A stretch of DNA of 64,000 nt from Candidatus Marinacidobacterium sp. (GCA_965204755.1 OZ242011.1:1824001-1888000); one strand, 5' to 3'. Counted from the first letter of the stretch, positions 34,044-44,086 are shown. Program-made: numbers and translations. Notes: generated by a model from the letters alone, not told the origin.

Positions 34044-34215
34044 GGGTCGCTTCCTCGCGCGCGGAGGACGGCAGCCGTCGTCCGGCTTTCGGGCGGGGGC
34101 TCTCCGCCCCTCGTACCGAGCCGACCGCCCGACAGCGCTGCCCCTCCCCGGCCGCGGTCCGTAGCGCCCCGCTCGGCGGCGCTCCGGTTCGCCCCGTCGG
34201 CCCCTCCAAAATCTA

Positions 34216-34247
34216 CGACACATTTTGTCGCATACCCCGTCTAAGGT
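34216..34247 (+). promoter_or_regulatory. WYL/DriD-type box plus -10 (copy 4, upstream of the WYL gene)
   Basis: CGAC acatttt GTCG, N11, TAAGGT. Confidence 0.72.
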
Positions 34248-34329
34248 TCCCCCTGCCGCCGGAAGAGGGCGTCGAGGCCGGCCCGTCGGGGGTCGGTCGG
34301 GCGTTCCGACGGGCGGCGAGGAGACGCAA

Positions 34330-35319
34330 TTGCGATACGGCCCCACGAAGAATGTCGTTCGGCTCGCCGTCAAACTGCAGGGCGCGCCGCGCGGGCTGAC
34401 CATGGAAGAGATCCAGCGCGAAGTCGGCGGCTCCCGGCGGACGGCGGAGCGGATGAAGAACGCCGTCGAGGAGTGCTTCGACACCCTCCACGCGGTGGAG
34501 AGCGACGACCGGAAGACGCACTGGCGCCTGGAGTCGCGGGCGCTCCGCGGATTAATCCGGATCACCCCGGAAGAATTGGCCGAGATGTCGCCGATGACCG
34601 AAGCCCTGGAACGGGCCGGGCACACCGAGCGCGCCGCCGCCGCGCGGGCGCTCGCCGACAAACTGCGGGCGCTCCTGCCCTGCCGCCCCGAGCCCGGCGA
34701 GCCGGACGAAGACCTCGAAGCGCTGCTCCGCTCCGAGGGGCTGGCCATGCGGGCCGGCCCCCGCCCGCGGCTGGAGCCGGGCCTGCTCCCCCTCCTCCGC
34801 GAGGCGATCCTCACGCGGCGGGTCGTCGAGTTCGACTACCGGGCGCCGAACCGAAGCGAGCCGAAGACCTTCTCGGCGCACCCGCACGGCATCCTCTACG
34901 GCGCGCGGCCGCACCTCGTGGCCCGCGCCGACTGGGCGGACGACCTGCGCCTGTGGCGGCTCGACCGCATCCGCCGCGCCCGCGTCACCGACCGGCCGTT
35001 CACCCCGGCCCCGGACTTCGACCTCGAGGACTACGCCCGCCGATCGTTCGGCACCTACCGGGAGCCGCCGGTCCCGGTTGTCCTACGCTTCGCCGCCGCC
35101 GTGGCCGACGACGCGGAAGGGTTCCTCTTCCACCCCGGCCAGACCGTCGAGCGCAACCCCGACGGAACGGTCACGGTCCGCTTCGAGGCCGGCGGCCAAC
35201 AGGAAATGGCCTGGCACCTTTTCACCTGGGGCTCGAGCGTAACCATCGAAGAGCCCCGTTCCCTCCGCGACCGCCTCGCGGGCCTGTGCGCCGAACTCGC
35301 CGCGCACCACGCACCATGA
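34330..35319 (+). CDS. wHTH-WYL-WCX transcriptional regulator, DriD-like
   Basis: GLTMEEI...SRRTAERM HTH resembling DriD; HPHGILYG..HLVA, WRLDRI; WCX-like HPGQ and WHLFTWG; TTG start after GAGGAG. Confidence 0.9.
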   Translation: MRYGPTKNVVRLAVKLQGAPRGLTMEEIQREVGGSRRTAERMKNAVEECFDTLHAVESDDRKTHWRLESRALRGLIRITPEELAEMSPMTEALERAGHTERAAAARALADKLRALLPCRPEPGEPDEDLEALLRSEGLAMRAGPRPRLEPGLLPLLREAILTRRVVEFDYRAPNRSEPKTFSAHPHGILYGARPHLVARADWADDLRLWRLDRIRRARVTDRPFTPAPDFDLEDYARRSFGTYREPPVPVVLRFAAAVADDAEGFLFHPGQTVERNPDGTVTVRFEAGGQQEMAWHLFTWGSSVTIEEPRSLRDRLAGLCAELAAHHAP

Positions 35320-35903
35320 CTCGACCCCTCGACCCCACCACCGCCCCGCCGCCGGCGCCCGGCGCCCCGACGAAATTCGTCGCGCTCGACTTCGAGACCG
35401 CCAATATCTGGCGCGACAGCGCCTGCGCCGTCGGCGTGGTCGTCGTTGAAGACGGCCGCATCACGCACTCCGTCCACCGCCTCATCCGCCCCCCGAAGAG
35501 TTGGTTCTCGTTCACCTGGCTCCACGGGTTGGACTGGAAGAAGGTCCGCGACGCGCCGGCGTTCGACGCCGTGTGGCGCGACCTGGCGCCGCTGTTCGAC
35601 GGAGCGGACTTCGTGGCGGCGCACAACGCCTCGTTCGACCGATCGGTGCTCGCCGCCTGCTGCAGCCGCCACGGGTTGGCCACCCCGCCGCAGCCCTTCG
35701 TCTGCTCGGTGAAGGTCGCCCGCGAAGTCTGGAACTTCTACCCGACGAAACTCTCCGATGTCTGCGCCCGGCTGGACATCCCGCTGAACCACCACGAGGC
35801 CCTTTCCGACGCGAAGGCCTGCGCCCGCATCGTCATCGCGGCCACCGCCACCGGCTGGCGCCCCCGCCTCCCCGGGTCCGCGCCGCCCCCGCCGGAGGCC
35901 TGA
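35316..35903 (+). CDS. DEDDh 3'-5' exonuclease (DnaQ-like)
   Basis: ALDFETA, AHNASFD, HHEALSDA; ATGA-coupled to the WYL gene. Confidence 0.92.
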   Translation: MTRPLDPTTAPPPAPGAPTKFVALDFETANIWRDSACAVGVVVVEDGRITHSVHRLIRPPKSWFSFTWLHGLDWKKVRDAPAFDAVWRDLAPLFDGADFVAAHNASFDRSVLAACCSRHGLATPPQPFVCSVKVAREVWNFYPTKLSDVCARLDIPLNHHEALSDAKACARIVIAATATGWRPRLPGSAPPPPEA

Positions 35904-36248
35904 ACCCCCCGCGCCGCCGGCGGGCCGCAAACGCGCCCACCGGCCGGCGCGTGCGGTCGTCGGCGCTCCCCACTCGCGAGAACGGCGCTCTTGCGGAAGG
36001 CGGGGCCGAGAACCGTCGCTTCCGACCCCCCACCGTCGCGCCGGTTCGCCTCCCGAGCGCTCGGGATTCATGGCCACCGGCGCTCGCCCGACTGCGAGCC
36101 GTCCCTCGCCGGCGTCTTGCGCCCCCTCCCGCAGTTTTCTATAGTCGCGCTCAACGGGATTCCCGCGTCCGTCCGGGCGCGTGGGCGGCGATTCGCGCCG
36201 CCGATTCGTCTCCCCACCTTTCCATCGCAGGAGTTCACCCTCCGGTTC

Positions 36249-36740
36249 ATGACGACCTCTCCGGCGGCGGCGGCACTGCGCAGCCGCACGATGCGGGCGG
36301 TTCGGTCCAAGGACACGGCCCCGGAGATGCGCGTCCGCCGCCTGGCCCACCGCCTCGGGTACCGCTACCGCCTTCACCGGAAAGACCTGCCGGGAAAGCC
36401 CGATCTCGCATTCCCGTCCCGTCGGAAAGTCATCTTCGTCCACGGCTGCTGGTGGCATCAGCATGACTGCGCTCACGGACGCCGCCTCCCGGCTACCCGA
36501 CGGGAGTACTGGCTTCCCAAATTGAGCGGGAACCGGCGCCGCGACCGGGAGAACCGGCGGCGCCTCGAGGCCTCGGGCTGGGAAGTCCTGACCGTCTGGG
36601 AATGCGAGGTGACCGACGACTCCGCGCTGCGCGCGCGGCTTCGGAATTTCCTCGGCGAGACGCTCGCCCCACCCGGAGACCCCGCGCTCCCCCTGACCGC
36701 CGAGACCCGCGACAGTTTTCGTCCGGCCCCCGGGCGATGA
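36249..36740 (+). CDS. vsr: Very short patch repair endonuclease
   Basis: MRAVRSKDTAPE, LPGKPD, FVHGCWWH, VWEC. Confidence 0.95.
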   Translation: MTTSPAAAALRSRTMRAVRSKDTAPEMRVRRLAHRLGYRYRLHRKDLPGKPDLAFPSRRKVIFVHGCWWHQHDCAHGRRLPATRREYWLPKLSGNRRRDRENRRRLEASGWEVLTVWECEVTDDSALRARLRNFLGETLAPPGDPALPLTAETRDSFRPAPGR

Positions 36741-36842
36741 TCCCCGCATGAGATCGAGTCGACCTCCCCGCGCCGGGCGCGGCAGCGTCGCAGGCGAGTC
36801 CTCCCGCTCCGCTCCCCGATCCCCGAGCCCGGAGTTCCGGTG

Positions 36843-37886
36843 ATGCCGCGGCCCTCTGCGATCAGCCTCTTCGCCGGCGCCGGCGGTCTCGACATCGGCG
36901 TCGACCGGGCGCGGATCAAGACGATCTGCGCCATCGAACTGGACCGACACTGCGCCGCGACGCTGCGCCGCAACGCCCGTCGCAAGACGGTGTGGCAGGT
37001 GGACACCCGCGCCTTGGATCCGCAACGGGTTCTCGAAGTGTTCGGCATCGAGCCCGGCGAACTCACGCTGCTCCACGGGGGGCCGCCCTGCCAACCATTC
37101 AGCCAGATCGGGCACCGACGCGGGCTCGACGACCCGCGCGGCGCCCTCGTCTTCGAGATGGCGCGATTCGCGGCCGTCCTCCGGCCTTCGGCGGTCCTGA
37201 TGGAGCAGGTTCCCACCTTTCTCCAGGCCAAGAGCGCCACGGGCGAGCCGCTCGTCGAGTCTCTGCGCGAGGCGTTCTCCCGCATCGGCTACGACCTGCA
37301 CTCGCACACCCTGGATGCCCTGCACTTCGGAGTCCCGCAGAAGCGCCGTCGCGCGTTCGTCGTGTGCGTGCCCGAAGGGCAGTCGTTCTCGTTTCCCGGC
37401 ATCGCTCCCGCGGCGGTGTCCACGGTCGGCGAAGCGATCCGGGATCTCCCGAAGCCGGCGGCCAAGGGCGTGGAGCCGGCTCTGCCCAACCACACGGACA
37501 TCACTCCCGCCCGTGATCGCCAACGCATCCGCTATGTCCCGGAGGGTCTCTGGCTCTCCAAGTCACCCGGCGTGCCCCCGGACATCATGCGCAATCTCAC
37601 GAGAAAGGACACGACGAAGTTTCGCCGCCTCCATCGTGGTCTGCCTTCCCCGACGGTTCGCTGCGGCGAACCCTTCTACCACCCGACAGAACCTCGCTAC
37701 ATCACGCCGCGCGAAGCCGCTCGACTGCAAGGCTTCCCTGACGGGCATGTTCTCGTCGGGCCGATCCGCGGACGAACGGGCCAGGTTCCCGATCTGGATC
37801 AACACCGACAGGTGGCAAACGCCGTTCCTCCGCCGCTGGCGGCGGCTGTCGCTCGAAGCATCGGAGCATCGTTGTGTCTTTCGTAG
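36843..37886 (+). CDS. DNA cytosine-C5 methyltransferase
   Basis: LFAGAGG, GGPPCQPFS, MEQV (ENV variant), PQKRRR, REAARLQGFPD, NAVPP. Confidence 0.95.
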   Translation: MPRPSAISLFAGAGGLDIGVDRARIKTICAIELDRHCAATLRRNARRKTVWQVDTRALDPQRVLEVFGIEPGELTLLHGGPPCQPFSQIGHRRGLDDPRGALVFEMARFAAVLRPSAVLMEQVPTFLQAKSATGEPLVESLREAFSRIGYDLHSHTLDALHFGVPQKRRRAFVVCVPEGQSFSFPGIAPAAVSTVGEAIRDLPKPAAKGVEPALPNHTDITPARDRQRIRYVPEGLWLSKSPGVPPDIMRNLTRKDTTKFRRLHRGLPSPTVRCGEPFYHPTEPRYITPREAARLQGFPDGHVLVGPIRGRTGQVPDLDQHRQVANAVPPPLAAAVARSIGASLCLS

Positions 37887-38866
37887 TATCCGAACTCTTC
37901 GGTCAAGCGATCGGGGCTCGGAAGGCGGCGAAGGACGCTCGAGAGGACAGCGAGACAGAGACCTCCATTCGACAGGCGTGGTGCCCGTACATGGACGCCC
38001 GGTGTGATGGCGGCGGCAACCGGGACATGATGCGAGTCGCCGCGAACGACCCGGCGATCGGGCCCCTGTTCGACAAGGCGGTCGGCGATTCGACCGGCGG
38101 CCACATTCCGTGCGGCGTTTGCAGCGTCGAGCGCCATAGCAACGGAGAGCAGTGGGCCATCTGTCCGAGACGCCTGTTGGCCTTTGGCCCCTCCGGCGTC
38201 TCCGGGTATCACGAAGCACTGGCGCAGCGGATTCTCAAGATCGGCGGCTTCGAGGCGGGACAGCGTGTCGAAGTGTGGTCCGAGATCCACCTGAAGGAGA
38301 CGGGCCCCGATCATCGGAAGTTCGATTACCGACTGGACTATGTGATGCGAGGCGTTGAGAAGAAGTCCGCACCGCTCATCATCGAGGTCATGACCTGTTC
38401 GACTTCGGGCGGCAACAAGGCGAAAGGAACGGACATGAACATGGCCTTCCGTTCCGCCGTGCTGTTCGCTCGAGGAATCCGACCGGAACCGGCGCGATCG
38501 CCCGGCGTGAATGTGCGGCAGGTGTGGGCGCGCATGGCGTCGCAACTGATCGTCAAGTCGGAGGCCGCCCTCCATTGGGGAGGCCGAGCGGTATGGGTCA
38601 TACAGGATGTGTTGGCCCAGTACATCCAAAGCCAGACGGCACTTCCTCTCGAACGCCTCCGCTCCGACGACTGGATCCCCGGCGAAGTCAATCTGATCGT
38701 CTGCAGCCTCGATGGAGGAATGAAGTTGTACTCGGGCCCGATCCGCTCGTCCAAGTCGGCTCGTCCATGTTGGCTGGAGATTCTGGGCGCCCCCCATATT
38801 CCGGCGCTGGAATCGTTGGCGCGAAAACTGGACGAGAGCGCGCCTATCGGGCAATTCGCGATCTAG
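37874..38866 (+). CDS. Putative type II restriction endonuclease, NotI-like fold
   Basis: Cys4 pattern CPY..RC..GVC..CPRR; D..IIEV catalytic-like motif; adjacent to MTase and Vsr. Confidence 0.7.
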   Translation: MSFVVSELFGQAIGARKAAKDAREDSETETSIRQAWCPYMDARCDGGGNRDMMRVAANDPAIGPLFDKAVGDSTGGHIPCGVCSVERHSNGEQWAICPRRLLAFGPSGVSGYHEALAQRILKIGGFEAGQRVEVWSEIHLKETGPDHRKFDYRLDYVMRGVEKKSAPLIIEVMTCSTSGGNKAKGTDMNMAFRSAVLFARGIRPEPARSPGVNVRQVWARMASQLIVKSEAALHWGGRAVWVIQDVLAQYIQSQTALPLERLRSDDWIPGEVNLIVCSLDGGMKLYSGPIRSSKSARPCWLEILGAPHIPALESLARKLDESAPIGQFAI

Positions 38867-39045
38867 GCCGACGGTTCCCACGGCCGGCCCAAGTTGCGAC
38901 CATGAGATTGCGCAGTGGCGAAAGTGTTGCCCAAGATATTGCAAATGCGACATCACGGTTGTTGCGAAAATGATGCCAATACGATTGCGAACGCGCTGCT
39001 CCCGCTCTACGCTTCGCCCTCGGCGCCGTCCGGCCGCTCACTGCA

Positions 39046-40308
39046 TTGCTCCAGAACACCGCTTACCGCCCCCGCATCGCCGACCGGGAACTGGCGCAGC
39101 GCCTTCGCGCCGCCGGAGCGGTCCTGATCGAAGGTCCGCGCGGCTGCGGGAAGACGGAGATCGCGAGGTGCGCCGCCGCGAGCGAAGTCCTGCTGGACAC
39201 CGACCGGAACGCGCGCGAAGCGCTGGCGGTCGACCCGAGCGTCGTGCTCGCCGGCGACACGCCCCGCCTCTTCGACGAGTGGCAGTCCACCCCGGAGGTT
39301 TGGAACCACCTGCGACAAGCCGTGGACGACCGCCGCGAACGGGGCCAGTTCATCCTGACCGCCTCCGCCATCCCTCCGGACGACCGGACGCGCCACACCG
39401 GCGCGGGACGCGTCGGCCGCTTCCGTCTGCGCCCGATGTCGCTCGCCGAACTCGGCCGTTCGACGGGCGGAGTCTCCCTCCGCGAGCTGCTCGACGGGGA
39501 TCGCCCGTCCGCCGGAAAGGCGGAACTATCGGCAGCGGAACTCGCCGAGATCCTCTGCGTCGGCGGCTGGCCCGGACACCTCGACTCGCCGCCGAAAGCG
39601 GCCGCGCGCGCCAACCGTGACTACCTCGAAGACACCTGCCGAAAGGACCTGGAGCGGGCGGACGGCGTCCGCCGCGACCCGCGCCGCGTGAGCCGCTTCC
39701 TCAAGTCGCTCGCCCGCCACACCGCGACCTGCGCTTCGCTTGCGACCATCGCCCGCGATGTGGGCGGTTCGGAGGAAACCGTCGCCGCGCCCACCGCCCG
39801 CGCCTACCTCGCGGCCCTCGAACGAATCATGGTGGTGGAAGACCAGCCGCCCTGGTCGCCGCGGCTCCGTTCCCGCTCCCGCCTCCGCGCCGCGCCGAAG
39901 CGCCACTTCGCGGACCCGTCCCTGGCCGTGGCCGCCGTGGCCGCCGGCCCCGCCCACCTGCTCCGGGACTTCCGGTGGTTCGGCTTCCTCTTCGAGTCGC
40001 TGGTCGTCCGCGACCTCCGGGTGTACGCCCAGGCCACCGGCGGCCTCGTCCACCACTACCGCGACAACACCGGCCTCGAAGTGGACGCCGTCGTGGACGC
40101 CGGCCCCGGCCGCTGGGGAGCGTTCGAGGTGAAGATGGCCGCGGCCCGCGCCGACGAAGCCGCCGCGAACCTCCTCCGCTTCGCCGAACGGGTGGACACC
40201 GACCCCATCGGGAAACCGAGCGTCCTCGGCGTGATCGTCGCCAACGGCTACGCCTACCGCCGCCCCGACGGCGTCGCCGTCATCCCGATCACCGCACTCG
40301 GCCCGTAG
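39046..40308 (+). CDS. AAA_14 ATPase with DUF4143 domain
   Basis: GPRGCGKT, DEWQ, GGWP, KRHFADP, LFES, EVDAV, EVK. Confidence 0.88.
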   Translation: MLQNTAYRPRIADRELAQRLRAAGAVLIEGPRGCGKTEIARCAAASEVLLDTDRNAREALAVDPSVVLAGDTPRLFDEWQSTPEVWNHLRQAVDDRRERGQFILTASAIPPDDRTRHTGAGRVGRFRLRPMSLAELGRSTGGVSLRELLDGDRPSAGKAELSAAELAEILCVGGWPGHLDSPPKAAARANRDYLEDTCRKDLERADGVRRDPRRVSRFLKSLARHTATCASLATIARDVGGSEETVAAPTARAYLAALERIMVVEDQPPWSPRLRSRSRLRAAPKRHFADPSLAVAAVAAGPAHLLRDFRWFGFLFESLVVRDLRVYAQATGGLVHHYRDNTGLEVDAVVDAGPGRWGAFEVKMAAARADEAAANLLRFAERVDTDPIGKPSVLGVIVANGYAYRRPDGVAVIPITALGP

Positions 40309-40424
40309 CCGGGAAACCCGACCGCCCGCGTCCCCGGGCCGGTCGCCCCCGCCACCGGCGCAACGGATCTCGCTCCGCCGCGGCGCCGCCGGGGCGCGAG
40401 CCGCGCTCACGCCGGTGCGAACTG

Positions 40425-40456
40425 CGACCGGAACTGACGCACGGACTCGCAACACT
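40425..40456 (+). promoter_or_regulatory. WYL/DriD-type box plus -10 (copy 5)
   Basis: CGAC cggaact GACG, N11, AACACT. Confidence 0.5.
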
Positions 40457-40585
40457 GGCGCAGTCCCGCCTTCGCTGCGGTCGGCGACCGGGCGGCAGCA
40501 GCGCCCGGCGCCGGCAGCGATCCGTGGCGCCGAGGCAGCCCGCGCCGCTCTGCCCGCCGAAGTCCGCCAACCATCAGGAGAACCG

Positions 40586-41671
40586 ATGACGCGAACACGA
40601 TCCTGTCTTCTTTCCGCACTCGCGCTCGCCCTCGCGCCGAGTCTCACCGCCGCGCAACCGAGAATCGAACGCGTAAACCTCAACGCCCGTCCGCAGTCCG
40701 ATTGCGCCGAATGGGGGGCCGCCGGCTTCCTCGAGGAGCAGCCGGTCGAGCGCATCGTCGCCTGCATCGCCGCCGGCTCCGACCCGAATGAGACTTTCGA
40801 CAGCGGCCGCACGGTTCTTCGCCATTCCGTCTCGATCGCGACAGAGAAGCGTCCGGAGTTGATCGATGTCGTAGAAGCATTGATCGCCGCCGGCGCCGAT
40901 GTCCACCACCGGGACCCGACCGCGAACGGGTCCGAGCCACTTGTCGCCGTGGCGGTGTCGGCAGCACTCGACTCGCGACACCGGGCGATCGCCGAGCGGG
41001 TCGTCGACGCGCTCCTCGAAGCCGGGGCCGACGCTGACGCTTCGGTGGAAGACAACGACTCCAGCGCCGACGGGATCACTCCCCTGATGATGGCGGCATT
41101 CAAGGACGCGCACCGCCTCGTCGAGGCTCTGATCCGCGCCGGCGCCGATCCCGAGGCCACCTTCAGCGGATTCACGCCACTCCATGCCGCCCTCGCCTCT
41201 CGCCAGAGGCCGCATGCGGTGGTCGAAGCGTTGCTCGATGCCGGCGCGGACACCGGTTTCCGATCGCCGGACGGACAACTCCCCATACATCGCGCCGCCA
41301 GACGGGCCGACGGCGGCGAGTTGATCTCCCTGCTCGCCGCTGCCGGCGCCGATGTCAACGCCCGGGCCACCGAAATGCGCGAGACGGCGCTCCATATCGC
41401 GGCCGGGCACAACTCGAATCGCGAAGTGATAGATGCGCTCCTGGCCGCCGGGGCGAATACGGAAGTACGGAGCAACGCCGGCCAGACTCCGCTGCACTGG
41501 TCGGTGATCTTCGCCCGGAGCACGACCGGCTTGGAGGCGCTGCTCGCCGCCGGCGCGGATCCGAATGTCGTCGATGTGCTGGGTCTTCTGCCCATCGAGT
41601 ATGCCGAGGACAACAAGTTGATTCGCGGAACGGGGGCCTATGTCAACCTGATTCGAGCGCGCTTGCGGTGA
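40586..41671 (+). CDS. Secreted ankyrin-repeat protein
   Basis: Signal peptide; repeated TPLH/TALH...LLAAGAD. Confidence 0.9.
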   Translation: MTRTRSCLLSALALALAPSLTAAQPRIERVNLNARPQSDCAEWGAAGFLEEQPVERIVACIAAGSDPNETFDSGRTVLRHSVSIATEKRPELIDVVEALIAAGADVHHRDPTANGSEPLVAVAVSAALDSRHRAIAERVVDALLEAGADADASVEDNDSSADGITPLMMAAFKDAHRLVEALIRAGADPEATFSGFTPLHAALASRQRPHAVVEALLDAGADTGFRSPDGQLPIHRAARRADGGELISLLAAAGADVNARATEMRETALHIAAGHNSNREVIDALLAAGANTEVRSNAGQTPLHWSVIFARSTTGLEALLAAGADPNVVDVLGLLPIEYAEDNKLIRGTGAYVNLIRARLR

Positions 41672-41687
41672 CGCCGAGAAAGTAGCG

Positions 41688-42266
41688 ATGGACTCCGAAG
41701 CCGGCCGCGCGCGCTCCACGAACGCGCTCGCCACCAACCCGGTCCCGCCCGGCGCGGAACGCCCGCGCTCGTCGGCGCCGGCCGCCGAAACGGAAACGCC
41801 CGGGACGGAAACGGAGGAAAACGAAAGGGCCGAATCGGAGGACCGGCTCGTGAGGGAAGCCGTCACCGGGGGCATGGTGGTCGTGTTCCTCATCGTCGGC
41901 GGACTGGGGGCCTACTGGTTCTGGAGCGATCCGTCTTCGCCCAACCTGATCTGGACGGCCATATGGGAGGTGCTTTGGCCTTGGGGTCTGCTGGCGGCCC
42001 TCGCGGGCGGTCTCCTGCAGGGGACGCGCTGTGCTCTCCGTATCCGTCGGGAGTCCGAAGACGGCCCCGTAGAAACCGGGGAGGCGTTCGCCCTGGCCGC
42101 CTTCGCCATGTGGGGCGTCGTGCGCGGCTTCCTCAAGGAAACGAAGGAAGACGGCCAATCTCTCGCCAAGGTCCTGGTGGTCCTCGCCGCCATCGTGTTG
42201 CTGCTCCTCGTCTTCGCGCCCTCGGCGCTCGAAGACATCAAACGCTGGCTCGAAAGCCATCTCTGA
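41688..42266 (+). CDS. Hypothetical membrane protein
   Basis: Three to four hydrophobic segments. Confidence 0.65.
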   Translation: MDSEAGRARSTNALATNPVPPGAERPRSSAPAAETETPGTETEENERAESEDRLVREAVTGGMVVVFLIVGGLGAYWFWSDPSSPNLIWTAIWEVLWPWGLLAALAGGLLQGTRCALRIRRESEDGPVETGEAFALAAFAMWGVVRGFLKETKEDGQSLAKVLVVLAAIVLLLLVFAPSALEDIKRWLESHL

Positions 42267-42420
42267 AACATCCCGCCCCGGACCGAATGACCCGGCCTCC
42301 ACGCCTCCCCGACTTCGACTTCGGCGGCCACCCTGGGAACCCGCGCGGCGCGCTGCCGGTCCGCCACCCGCGGCGAACGAACGCCGCCCACCCACCTCGC
42401 TTCGGCGAAGGAGAGATTCG

Positions 42421-43158
42421 ATGCTCGATTCCATAAAGGCCGACATAGAGTCCGAGAAGTCCAACCGCGCCGGGCTGCTGTCCGCGCTGGGACTCCTGCT
42501 CGTCGCCGGGCTCGTGATCTACGGGTGGCAACAGCGCGAGGAGAACAACCTCGCCCGAATCACCCGGGAGAACGAGGAGTGGGAACGGCGCGTCCGCGCC
42601 GAAGAGACTCGGCAGATCCAAGCGCGCGCGAATGCCTGGAGAGGTGTCCGGGCGGCCAATGCCCGGTGGAACGAGTTGTTCCCGTGGATGGAACGGACGA
42701 CCGAACTCCGCCAGCGAGTCCTGGCCGGGGCGGCGGGCGTGGATTGGCTGCTCAGCGACAGCAACCCGCTCGATCCGTTCGGCCTCGCTCTCGGCGCGGG
42801 CGCCATCGAGATGACCAGCCGCGTGTTCGCCCAGGCGCAGGCGCAGATCCAGTTGAAGTGGCCCGAAGTCGTCGAGGTCCTGGTCGAGATGGACGAGGCC
42901 GCGGGAGCCATGTTGCGGGCCGATGCCGCGTTACCCGGTGATGAAGCAGCCGTGGCCGCCTTCGAACGCGCCAAGGAGGTGGCCTCCCGATGGGCGGATG
43001 ACGCCAACTTGATGCAGCAGGTAGCGGCCCAGGACTTCTTCAGCGCCGGCGCGTCGGCCGCCCGTCTCAACGAGACCACTGCCGAACTCATGGCGGCGCT
43101 CGGAGAGTTGATGCCCACCCCGACGCCGTCGAACACCGGCCCCCTCACTCAGCCATGA
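42421..43158 (+). CDS. Hypothetical single-TM coiled-coil protein
   Basis: RBS AAGGAG; N-terminal TM followed by a helical charged region. Confidence 0.7.
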   Translation: MLDSIKADIESEKSNRAGLLSALGLLLVAGLVIYGWQQREENNLARITRENEEWERRVRAEETRQIQARANAWRGVRAANARWNELFPWMERTTELRQRVLAGAAGVDWLLSDSNPLDPFGLALGAGAIEMTSRVFAQAQAQIQLKWPEVVEVLVEMDEAAGAMLRADAALPGDEAAVAAFERAKEVASRWADDANLMQQVAAQDFFSAGASAARLNETTAELMAALGELMPTPTPSNTGPLTQP

Positions 43159-43511
43159 CCGCCCTCCCACCCGGTCGGCGAAACGGCGCCGCCGCCTCGA
43201 CGCTCCTCTACCCGGCGACGGCGATGGCGCTCGGCGCCGCCGCCTGCATGGACGCCAGCGGCGGCGACGATCCGCTCCGGATACTCATCGGGCTCGGAGG
43301 CCCCCTCGCCACCTTGGGACTCGTGTTCCAACGCAACGCGACGATGGTGGGGATCCTCCTGGCGCTGTTCATCTGGCCGCTCGGCCTCCTCCATGCGCTG
43401 ACGAAGAGGGACCGGAGGGAAGGGGAAGACCGGGGCATCGCGAGCCGGAAGTCCGGCCGTCCCGCCGCCGCGAACCGGAAACCGCCCGCAACGACCCGGG
43501 CAACGACCTGA
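43155..43511 (+). CDS. Small membrane protein (paralog 1)
   Basis: LGAAAC, LIGLGG, FIWP..LHALTK. Confidence 0.7.
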   Translation: MTALPPGRRNGAAASTLLYPATAMALGAAACMDASGGDDPLRILIGLGGPLATLGLVFQRNATMVGILLALFIWPLGLLHALTKRDRREGEDRGIASRKSGRPAAANRKPPATTRATT

Positions 43512-43597
43512 CCCTCCATCCCCGAGCCGAAGCGCCGACCGATACCGGACGGACACCTCGCGGATCGGTTCAGCGGAGCGATCCGTCGCCCCTTCTG

Positions 43598-43629
43598 CGA
43601 CCGGATTCGGCGCAGGTCCGCCCTACCGT
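43598..43629 (+). promoter_or_regulatory. WYL/DriD-type box plus -10 (copy 6)
   Basis: TG-CGAC cggattc GGCG-CA; TACCGT 11 nt after GGCG. Confidence 0.6.
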
Positions 43630-43692
43630 CGCGGTTCCCGAAGGCGGGACGATTCGTCCCGACCCGACGACTCGACAGAAAGGAAATCCGCC

Positions 43693-43995
43693 ATGACCAC
43701 CGCGCCCACCCGAAGGCGCCGCCGCCGGCCCGCTTCGTTCTTCGTCGGCGCCGCGCTCGCGCTGTCTCTCGGCGCCGCCTGCGCGGGATCCGGCAACCCC
43801 GGCACGGACCTCCTCTTCATGCTCATCGGCGTCGGCGGCGCCATCGGAACCATCATGCTCGCGTCGCGCCGCGGCGTGATGACCACGGGAGTCGTCGTGC
43901 TGACCTTCGTCTTCTGGCCGGCCGCCCTCATCCATGTCCTGACGAAAGAGCGCGATCCAGAGAAGTTGGACATCGGGCCTTCGAGCAGCGACTGA
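43693..43995 (+). CDS. Small membrane protein (paralog 2)
   Basis: LGAAC, LIGVGG, VFWP..IHVLTK; RBS AAGGA. Confidence 0.72.
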   Translation: MTTAPTRRRRRRPASFFVGAALALSLGAACAGSGNPGTDLLFMLIGVGGAIGTIMLASRRGVMTTGVVVLTFVFWPAALIHVLTKERDPEKLDIGPSSSD

Positions 43996-44086
43996 CCCTC
44001 CGCCTCGCGTGCGAAGCCGGGCGGATACGACGATAGCGCGGGGAGGCCGCCGCCCGAATCATCGAATCGATCCGTCGCTCCAAATG

